Positions 1 to 7,828 of a stretch of 7,926 bases of DNA are shown one piece after another; within the stretch, counting starts at the first letter, position 1; every line of letters begins with the position of its first letter. A model generated the notes under the pieces. It was not told where the DNA came from. It saw only the letters and a list, made by a program, of their open reading frames with translations, and did no database searches. The translations under genes were made by a program, and so were the position numbers. The stretch comes from Rotaria sordida (lineage: Eukaryota). The stretch is from contig CAJNOU010001932.1 in NCBI GenBank assembly GCA_905252715.1, positions 10,922 to 18,847 on the forward strand, written 5' to 3'.

Positions 1-5
1 CATGC

Positions 6-432
6 CCTATCCCATCCGGAGCTCCGGTCTCAACATCCTGCGAAAAGTCATATCGATTTATAAACTGTATAGTAGCATATAGAGTTCCACCCACACCCAC
101 ACCCACCCACACCCACACCCTGTCGACGAGAAATCAATGCATTCGTTAGAATTTACATTTAACAAAAACTTATTGTCGAGTACTTATATTCATTCTTGAA
201 ATTTTTCTTCTCAGTGTAGTTTTAATTCTCTTTCTTCGTAATTTCTACTTAAGATGTGGATGTACATGTAAGTATTGATCGTCTCTTCATGTAAATCGAC
301 ACCCATACCCTCCGAAAATTGCTGTAATTTAGGGATGTAGGAGTAGGGTGGAACTCTATATGCTACTATACAGTTTATAAATCGATATGACTTTTCGTAG
401 GATGTTGAGACCGGAGCTCCGCATGGGATAGG
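6..432. repeat. Inverted repeat, 87-bp arms 6..92 and 346..432 (85/87 matches), 253-bp spacer; possible fold-back or TIR element
   Basis: cctatcccatccggagctccggtctcaacatcctgcgaaaagtcatatcgatttataaactgtatagtagcatatagagttccaccc is the reverse complement of 346..432 except at positions 16 and 40. Confidence 0.9.
90..119 (-). repeat. Short C-rich telomere-like tract (CCCACA/CCCAC variants)
   Basis: cccacacccacacccacccacacccacaccc, the complement of degenerate TGTGGG repeats. Confidence 0.75.
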
Positions 433-663
433 ACATAAAAACTCTTTCGTCCCATCCCATGGGACAACTGAAATGTTAAATACCTTTTAAAAGGTAAATG
501 TTATTTCACTATCATCGCTCCAGTAAGACTATGAATTATGATACTATTCCATACCATATTCTATGATTTGATTAAAATGAAATTTATAGTTTGTATTCCC
601 GTTTTTTTTGCTTATTTTCAATAAAGTACAGTCCCGTATCGGAGACAATTAATTTGTCTGCTG

Positions 664-740
664 AGGGTGTGGGTGTGAGTGCGGATAATTGCACTAGACG
701 CATCCACACCCACCCACACCCACCCACACCCACACACACA
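664..740. repeat. Facing telomere-like tracts: G-rich 664..679 then C-rich 702..740
   Basis: agggtgtgggtgtgagtgcggataattgcactagacgcatccacacccacccacacccacccacacccacacacaca. Confidence 0.75.
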
Positions 741-1785
741 TTTGAGATTCTTTCTTTTGAACGTTTATTTATCTTCTATTGTATTTACTCTTTTTGGGAT
801 CCTATTTCTTCTCTATCATATTTCCGCTCTAAAATAAACAAAACCTAAATCATTTTATTGTCAACTATCATTCCATCAACACAATATGGCAAAGAGATGT
901 ATAGCTCTTGTTTGGGAAACAAGTCAAGCCCACCTCCTCGTGGTGTTTCCTGGGTAACGCTAACGGGCCTCTGCAACACAATTAAGTAAACAAAGATAAA
1001 CAGAAAACTATAAACATCGGAAGAAAAGATGTTAATCATACGATCAAATACAAATAAAAGCCATTTTCCATCTAGATTATGCAAACACTGTGATAAAGAT
1101 TTTTACCCGAGATTTTCAGTAGAATTTACAGGAAGAAATCATTCTGAAAGTGACACTCATCCGATTAAAGATGTAAAGAATCAGAGAGCTGGCAATGGAA
1201 AATTCAATCGGTTATTGGAAGATGTGGGTTTGATTCCCATCCTGCTTAAATGATTCTTTCTGTTTAGTCTTTCGTACTAAATGGAGCGTGTCATGTGGAT
1301 ATATTTCGACTGATCACATAGATATAATTCTGTGGATAGGTAAAATGATCATAGATAGTTCTATATGAACTCATTTTATGCTTTCTCTTTCGACTGAATC
1401 ATTTCAAACTCACTCTCAAGATGTGAACATTATAATACTCCCTTTCTTCAAAACAAATAAACAAAACCATTTCATATGAAATTTTCTATTTTTTGTTTCA
1501 TTGAATAAACTTTTCTATATAATATAAGCCTTTCTTTGTTTCAATATCTACCAGAACTTTTTATTTTAGATTCCATAAACTCACTTCAGCTAAACAATTT
1601 AATTTTATGCAGTATTTCTAAATTCCGAACTTTACCGTCAAGTCCCTTAAGCAAGGACGAAACGATCGTCGTAAGTCGCTTGGAATTATATCTAATAAAC
1701 TCACCTTCCAGATAGGTGATCGCTTCACAGATCTAGCAATGGATACGTGTTCTCATTAATTTTTACTGTCACATAAAAAATGAAA

Positions 1786-4700
1786 TTAGAGTTGTGTTAC
1801 ATCGAACAACGAACGAACTGTTACGCTCAAATTACCACTGACACCATCGCTCATTGGTGACCACGAATGAAAACTGACGGTTCTTCTTGCCTCGAACATA
1901 TGGAAGCCATTGCGTGAAAAATAGCCACTAGTATCAATCGACACATCAAGCCAGACAAAGAGCGCTGGTAGTGTGGCTGTGATTGTGATGCTCACTTCTG
2001 TTGGTGACACCTGCTGAACATTCTCAATGCGAAGATTTGGTTGGTAGAGTTGATAGTTTTTCGGTTGTGTGAAGAACAGAGTGTGTCCAATATCCTCTTG
2101 CGTGCTGTTGTAAGTACAGTGAAAGAGACATTGACTACCGTTGGAACAACCAGCGCTTTTCATCACTGTTGTATACGGAAGATCAACGATGTGTTTCACA
2201 TTAGGTGCGTTGATGGAAACATCAAATGCAACTGATGATCGAACAGCAAATGTATCGAGTGAGAAAAATGAACACATCGTCCGACCACTTGTACCATTGA
2301 GGAGTTCGTTAACCAGATAGACAGAAATGCGAGCATTTTCATCGGTCACTTTGGCGAGGTATGGTGCGAGAATGGGTACTAGATAGACAGGTTCAAACAT
2401 ACGTTGAACATAGTAATGACCCATTTTCCATTTCAATCCATATTCAATCGTTGCCCAGGTGGGTGCTTGCCAAATATCATTGATTTGCCAATACATGAAG
2501 CCCATCGTATGACTAGAATGAATAAACAAACAACCTCAAATGCCGTAAAAAGAACTGATAATAATATCAGTAGAAACCTATTTACCCTTCACTTGTCTTT
2601 GGATCAATCATATCAATAGAGGAATGAATTCTACACACATCATTAATACTTTTCAATGTCATCGCTTGATTGATTTGACTCAAATAGATCATATGAACGA
2701 ATTCCTGTAACGGATTACTCGTCATCGGTAATGGTAGATTGCTTTTAATTTGATTTCTGAAAAGAACAAAGCATTATTGAGAGGAAAGTTCTCCGACAAT
2801 GTACGGTGAATTTACAATAGATCGTTGATTTTGTTGGGAGAATGCTCTCGATGCTGGTAAAAAGCGCTACCATACTGCAAATCACTGATATTGTGTGTCA
2901 CTTGATACCATGAATCTAGACTAGGTAGTGATTGAAGGCCCGTTTCTGACATAAAACGAGGAATGGGATACGTGTTTGGATCCCATGTATCATTAGTATA
3001 TTCATAGAAGTGCACATCGCCTAGAACAGTTCGTTATCAATGAACCAAGTAAAAAACGACTTCTGCTCAACTTACCATAGAGTGGATCTTGAGGATTTCT
3101 AGCGGTGTAATTTTCATTCACTGATTCCAGACCATTGCTAGGCGATGAGACAACGAATAGTCGATTATTACCTTTGTCTACTTCTTGTATAGCCTTCATA
3201 ATGACATCCAAATAAAGTTTTCGATAATCATGTTTCGCTTTGTCCATTCGATCTGCTGGTATTTTAAACCAATTTTGAGCAAGTGCTACCTCAATTTCAT
3301 TGTTTGCACTGATCATAACAAGCGATGGATGTGACTGAAGTCGTTTCATTTGATAGAGTACTTCATTACGCGCAAGCATTAGAAAAGATTCATCCATTGG
3401 GTACCTAAACAGAATAGAAAAATAGAAGAGAGAAAGGATTTTTACAAGCAAAATATTACAGAGTATTAGCGAACATGAGATCATGCCACACCATGATGCC
3501 TAAACGGTCATTCATTTCGTAGAATGAATCACTTTCATAGAAGTCAACACCCGATATACGTAGGATATTCATATTAGCCAATTGAGCTGAGCGAAGTAGT
3601 TGTTCGAGTCTTTTGTCTGGCACTCGTTCGCGAAATGCATCAGGTGGAACCCAATTAGTTCCTTTAATAAATATTGACCGACCATTAATGACGAAGTAAA
3701 ACGACAGTCCTTTGATGTTCGGCCCGTAAGAGTGTTGAACAAGTTCAACTGTTCGAAAGCCGATCAAACGTGATCCAATTAGTTCACCTTGGTTGTAGAC
3801 AGATAGTGTGTACAGTGTTTGATCCCCATACCCATTGGGCCACCACAGTTGAACAGTGTCATTGGGAATCCAAAGTGACAAGGAGACGTGCTGATTGAAT
3901 GTAATATTCGACTGATACGTGAACGAAGTATTCTCTAAGACGAAGTTTAGTTCGCTGACAAAAGGATCGTTGCTACTACTAAGCAGCACATCCACTCGCC
4001 ATTGATTGACAGATTTCTGATAAGAAGCCACATTGACACTTTCCAATGTAATAACTATTTCGGTGGAATGTGTGCCCTGGAGGTAGAGATTACCGGGGAT
4101 GCCGATAGGAGCAAATGCTGGACCCTAGAAGGAGAAGAGAAAATTGAAGGTGAATGTTGTATTGAGCAGGATTGATAGTCGATGAATTACTATTACTACT
4201 GAAGACCTGAAAAGATCCCTGTATTTATTAAAACTTTGAATTGTTCTTTAGAAAGTCCCAAAATGGAACAATTCTCAACAGTAGTATTATTTCAATCATT
4301 TCGACGACTGTTTTCTTACCCAATCCCAACTGAATGAGCATATTTCCTTTCGAATAAACTGAATATGACATTCACCGTGCTGCACAGCTAACGGACATTC
4401 TGGCAGAACTGTTTCATTGTATGCTTTTGCTTGATCTGCTGCATATATTACTGGCGATTCAAAGTCAATTCGAAGTTCATTATTTGATTGTAGACATGAA
4501 CTTGTTACATTAAACGAGTACAGTATGAACATACTGTTTGTTCGACCAATAAAACAACCATTGAGGGTTATATTTGCTACTGTGTCAATCTGGTCAAAAT
4601 GAATTGTAAATTGGGTCAACGATAGAAAATCAACGGTCAAAGAAAACTTCTTCCAAAATGTCCATGAGCTGTATACCAAATAGCGTAGGTTAACATCATT

Positions 4701-4898
4701 GTAACCGAAATAAGGATCCGGAATAAGTTTGGCGGCAAAAAGAATGGTATGTATGGTGCCAGGTACCTGTCCCTGTGCAGAAAGAGATTGATTGTTGCTT
4801 ATTACCCAATCATTCCCAGCTAATGGAACCACGGTCACAGCATGTGAAGACGCGAAGAAACAAACAGAAAGTGCTAATAATGATAATAGAGAAGTCAT
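1786..4898 (-). CDS. MANBA: Beta-mannosidase, glycoside hydrolase family 2 (lysosomal MANBA-like); spliced CDS complement(join(1786..2512,2586..2756,2816..3020,3076..3404,3460..4124,4320..4898)), 2676 nt, 891 aa plus stop
   Basis: Six ORF blocks match the animal beta-mannosidase backbone in colinear order: N-terminal signal-like segment MTSLLSLLALSVCFFASSHA, QVPGTIHT, LIPDPYFGYND, HGECHIQFIRKEICSFSWDW|GPAFAPIGI, LWWPNGYGDQTLYTL, FFIKGTNW-like IFIKGTNWVPPDAF, LGIMVWHDLMFANT|LYPMDESF, SHPSLVMISANNE, DPLYG|DVHFYEY, RFMSETGLQS, E-G|HTMGFMYWQINDIWQAPTWATIEYGLKWKMGHYY, APLFVWLDV-like LFVWLDVSI. Donors on the minus strand are GTAAGA, GTAATA, GTAAGT, GTAAAT and GTAAAT; all acceptors end in AG. All junctions restore frame and the total length is divisible by 3. 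Confidence 0.95.
2513..2585 (-). other. Intron 5 (73 bp)
   Basis: AGTGAAGG|GTAAAT ... CATTCTAG|TCATACGATGGGC gives SEGHTMGFMYW. Confidence 0.9.
2757..2815 (-). other. Intron 4 (59 bp)
   Basis: GATCTATT|GTAAAT ... TTTTCAG|AAATCAAATT gives NDLLNQIKSNLPLP. This recovers exon 5, which is absent from the ORF track: NQIKSNLPLPMTSNPLQEFVHMIYLSQINQAMTLKSINDVCRIHSSIDMIDPKTSEG. Confidence 0.88.
3021..3075 (-). other. Intron 3 (55 bp)
   Basis: CTCTATG|GTAAGT ... TTCTAG|GCGATGTGCAC gives PLYGDVHFYEY. Confidence 0.92.
3405..3459 (-). other. Intron 2 (55 bp)
   Basis: AATACTCT|GTAATA ... GTTTAG|GTACCCAATG gives FANTLYPMDESF. Confidence 0.9.
4125..4319 (-). other. Intron 1 of the beta-mannosidase gene (195 bp, phase 0)
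   Basis: GATTGG|GTAAGA ... TTCTAG|GGTCCAGCATTT gives ...SWDW|GPAFAP. Confidence 0.9.
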
Positions 4899-5023
4899 TT
4901 GCTATTTTGATTGCGCCGGGTTTCGTGAATTGAATAGTCAACTAGAAAATAACTGACATAAGAATATCAAGGGATCTTTTCTAACAATCACTGGATGGCT
5001 GTGATCAATGTAACGATGCTGAC

Positions 5024-5847
5024 TAGGGATGTATCAATATCAAATCTAACCCAAAGCTTTTGAATTTTGGGTGGTTTTGGATTTAGGTGTTTCGGAATTT
5101 GAGTAGATTTGGATTTGGTGTTGGGTTTTGGGTTTTGGTATTTTCATTCATGATATCGAGTACTATGACACAATGGTCTAATTTAGTTACCAAGCTGCGT
5201 AGAGTAAGAATAGGTAGAGAGGAATATCGTTATGCTAAAATTAGTCGTCGGCTTACAACTAGCTGGAGAGATGTTTACTTGTTTAGTATTTGAGGAAAAT
5301 ATATCTTTTCAAAGTGATCACAGATCAAGAACTGATTTATGCATAACGATGCTCCTCACTACTTGTTTATATTCTACATGACTTGATAAATAAATTAGAG
5401 CACTGTATAGAGATGCACCAGTACATATGGACTAGGCACCAGGCATACCCGATGACTAGTTCGCCTGGTACCCAGTCATGATTGAGCATCTAGTCCAATG
5501 GAATATTTATTAGAATGGTATGTAATTCCTATCTCCTTCTTCCTTGCGCATTGTATTTCTCTATAGCCAGCACTAATTGCACATTGTTGCATGTTATGAG
5601 CCTAAATTCATTCCACGTTATATGTAGAGAATTACAATGTATAAGAAATAAGAATGTGTGGACTGCATATCAATCAAATAGATACCTGGTTGGATGAGAT
5701 ACCCAGTCACGACTGGAACTAGTGCCTCCCTAGTACTGTCGTAACACTCAATATCATGAATGTAAGGACCAAAACCCTCAACCAAACCCAAATCTATCCA
5801 AATCCCAAAACACCCAAATCCAAAGTTTTGGTGTTGGTATATCCATA
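5024..5847. mobile_element. 824-bp non-autonomous hAT-like DNA element with long degenerate inverted repeats (about 5024..5170 and 5737..5847)
   Basis: Ends are TAGGGATGTATCAATATC (left) and reverse-complemented TATGGATATACCAACACC (right). Perfect 8-bp flanking duplication ATGCTGAC at 5016..5023 and 5848..5855. Subterminal segments also pair in inverse orientation, e.g. CATTCATGATATCGAGTACTATGACA versus CATTCATGATATTGAGTGTTACGACA. No credible transposase ORF. Confidence 0.85.
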
Positions 5848-6369
5848 ATGCTGACACCTCACTTTTAGAGATGCTACGGTGACGATCAATCACCGGTTCA
5901 CCGTCACTGATTCGCCGGTTTAAAACAGTGACTGGTTGAACCGGTGAAATGATAAAACGGTAACCGGTGGAACAGTGAAAGCCGATAAACATCTTAGACC
6001 TACGGTGAAGACCGGTTTTTTGTGCCATCAGCCACCATTGTCGTAAAGTAGGAGTGTCAGTTTCCGGTTCCGTTCCTGGAAATCCGGAACCTTCAGAGGG
6101 TTTCGTTCTTGAAAAATCGAAATCACACTATAAATTCTTTAGCCCTTACGGGAAAGAGACCAAAAGTACGCGTTATGCTAAGTTGGTACTGACACTATTC
6201 TATCATTACTTTTGTAATATTGTTTCTATCTGAAAAACACATAAATGGTCATTAAGAATGTTGTGTTTGTAAACGATTGGGATCATGCTCAATTATAGAT
6301 AGGTATGCAGCAGTGCCAGTTAACTGGGTACCCAGTCCAACTGGGTGTATATTTAACTGATATCCATAC

Positions 6370-6750
6370 GTCCTCAATACCAATCCTGTACAGGTACCCG
6401 TAGGACCTCAAGACCTATCCTATAGGAGTACCCACCAGTCTTCAAGGCCTATAATATAGGGATACCCATAAGTCCTCAAGGCCTATCTTATAGGGATACT
6501 CATAGGTCACTATGCCCTATCGTATAGAGATACCCATAGGTTCTTATGCCCTATCTTATAGCGATATCCAGTGGTCCTTGTCCCTATCCCATAGGGTAGG
6601 CCTTGATGACTTATGGATACCTCTATAGTATACGGCTTGAGAACCCATAGATACCCCCTAGAGGATAGGCCTTGAGGACCTATGAGTACCCCTATAGTAT
6701 AGGCCTTGAGGACTCATGGATACTTCTATAGTATAGGCCTTGAGAATCTA
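6370..6750. repeat. Head-to-head array of 34-bp degenerate tandem repeats inside the 954-bp element; polarity switches at about 6589
   Basis: AAGGCCT-type anchors at 6376, 6410, 6444, 6478, 6512, 6546, 6580 (exact 34-bp spacing), then AGGCCTT-type anchors in inverse orientation at 6598, 6632, 6667, 6701, 6735 (34/35/34/34 bp). The centre is the palindrome ccctat-ccc-ataggg. Confidence 0.88.
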
Positions 6751-6756
6751 TGCGTA

Positions 6757-7002
6757 TAGGGGTGTAAGAATTCCCATTCCCAACAAACATACATGTGGTT
6801 GTGGGTTTCCATTCTTAGGAACCCGGATGGGGTTCCGGGTTCTCGGAACTCGGAACCCTCAGGCGGTTCCAGGAACGCATGGCAACTTTGCACAAAAAGG
6901 CAGGAAAAGAGGATGTGAGTAGTCCATTGTGTTTAAAAATGCATAAAAATGAATTGTGAAATGGGTTCCGGGTTCGTAGGGAACGGAACCCTGACACCCC
7001 TA
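6757..7002. repeat. 246-bp inverted-end segment sharing the right end of the 954-bp element (possible sub-element or duplicated terminus)
   Basis: TAGGGGTGTAAGAATTCCCATTCCC versus reverse complement of the right end TAGGGGTGTCAGGGTTCCGTTCCC. Confidence 0.55.
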
Positions 7003-7408
7003 TCCTAAAGACAACTGAATCACCAGATATACCGGTCCTCAACGTAGATCTAAAGATGTTTACCAGCTTTCATCGTTAGACTGGTTACCGTTTCACCATT
7101 GCACCGGTTCGATCGGTTATTGTCTTATTGGTTCACTGACTCGACCGGTCATCGTCACCATTGCATCCCTATTCACTCACTCTCTACTATCAAGGCACAG
7201 CAATCTTACCTTTATTCGATGTGTTCTTCTCTATCTAACAGATTTGAAGTTTCTGTTTATCTTTTTTATAATTGCTTCTTATCATATATGAAGCCTTGTA
7301 GAATAACGAGGACGGATGATTATACACCACAGAACATTTTAGAAAAACTTATCTCTTCAGGTTGTGTGCAAAACATTCTTTTTGTTATTATCATTGCATA
7401 AAAAAGAT

Positions 7409-7473
7409 GGAGTGTGGGTGTGGGTGTGGGGTGTGAGTGTGAGTGTGGGTGTGGGTGTGGGTATGGGTGGGGT
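7409..7473 (+). repeat. G-rich telomere-like tract
   Basis: ggagtgtgggtgtgggtgtggggtgtgagtgtgagtgtgggtgtgggtgtgggtatgggtgggg. Confidence 0.85.
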
Positions 7474-7616
7474 TAGGGGTGTCAGTTTCGGGTTCCGTTT
7501 CGAGGAACCCGGAACCTACGCGGGTTCCGTTTCGAGGAACCCGGAACCTACGCGGGTTCCGAGTTCCCAGGAACGAGAACCCAAACGTCATGGGGTTCCT
7601 GGGTTCTCAGGAACCC
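7474..7616 (+). mobile_element. Partial (one-ended) copy of the TAGGGGTGTCAG / GGTTCCG element family, embedded in telomere-like repeats
   Basis: taggggtgtcagtttcgggttccg at 7474 matches the terminus seen at 6049 and 7002. GGTTCC/GGAACC inverted motifs continue to about 7616. No matching CTGACACCCCTA terminus follows. Confidence 0.6.
7490..7553 (+). repeat. Perfect 32-bp tandem duplication (x2, partial third unit 7554..7561)
   Basis: gggttccgtttcgaggaacccggaacctacgc at 7490..7521 and 7522..7553. Confidence 0.95.
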
Positions 7617-7807
7617 GGGTGTGGGTGTGGGTATGGGTGGGTGTGTGTGGGTATGGGTGGGTGTGTGTGGGTATGGGTGGGTGTGTGTGGGTGTGGGTGT
7701 GGGTATGGGTATGGGTGGGTGTGTGCGGGTGTGGGTGTGTGGGTGTGGGTGTGGGTCTGGGTCTGGGTGCGAGTGTGGGTGTGCGTGTGCGTGGGTGTCG
7801 GTGTCTT
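7617..7807 (+). repeat. Long G-rich telomere-like array (TGTGGG and variants)
   Basis: gggtgtgggtgtgggtatgggtgggtgtgtgtgggtatgggtggg..., including three consecutive 20-bp units gggtatgggtgggtgtgtgt at 7629..7688. Confidence 0.9.
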
Positions 7808-7828
7808 TTTTCTTTCTGTCACATCCAC

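Larger units (their letters stand above)
6049..7002. mobile_element. 954-bp non-autonomous hAT-like element nested in the loop of the palindromic MITE
   Basis: Left end TAGGAGTGTCAGTTTCCGGTTCCGTTCC; right end reverse-complemented TAGGGGTGTCAGGGTTCCGTTCCC. Flanking 8-mers tcgtaaag (6041..6048) and tcctaaag (7003..7010) match 7/8. No transposase ORF. Confidence 0.78.
5866..7171. mobile_element. Palindromic MITE-like element (about 344 bp before insertion), arms about 5866..6016 and 7031..7171, interrupted by another element at 6049..7002
   Basis: Ends TAGAGATGCTACGGTGACGAT and, reverse-complemented, TAGGGATGCAATGGTGACGAT. Arms align along about 140 bp and contain seven exact ACCGGT motifs. Flanks ctcacttt / ttcactca share a TCACT core, a weak or degenerate 8-bp target duplication. 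Confidence 0.78.

Noticed and set aside
591-848. 85-aa plus-strand ORF with THPHPPTPTHTHT stretch
   Set aside because: The central part is telomere-like repeat translation and the remainder is low-complexity AT-rich sequence with no recognisable family.
1029-1253. 74-aa plus-strand ORF containing CKHCDKDFYP
   Set aside because: The two-Cys motif alone is insufficient for a zinc-binding call. It is short, with no recognised family or splice partners. An rRNA-like or protein-gene remnant here cannot be supported without a database search.
1540-1785. Polyadenylation signal for the minus-strand gene
   Set aside because: Only a distant AAAATAAAA on the minus strand near 1560 was seen. It is too weak in AT-rich DNA to call without transcript data.
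2041-2619. Plus-strand ORFs 2041..2235 and 2404..2619
   Set aside because: They are antisense to well-supported beta-mannosidase exons and introns and are best explained as chance ORFs.
5087-6028. Small ORFs 5087..5293, 5515..5697 and 5618..6028
   Set aside because: They lie in or across transposon inverted repeats and element boundaries, with no transposase motifs such as hAT dimerisation or RNase H-like signatures.
6370-6750. Possible CRISPR array (34-bp periodic repeats)
   Set aside because: There are no unique spacers between conserved repeats, the whole 34-bp unit is the repeat, polarity inverts midway, and the context is clearly eukaryotic.
6759-7000. TA-flanked mariner/Tc-like MITE (TA|GGGG...CCCC|TA)
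   Set aside because: TA could be a 2-bp duplication, but the same TA is part of a YARNG-like terminus and the outer 8-bp flanks of the 954-bp element match 7/8, so hAT-like is the better explanation.
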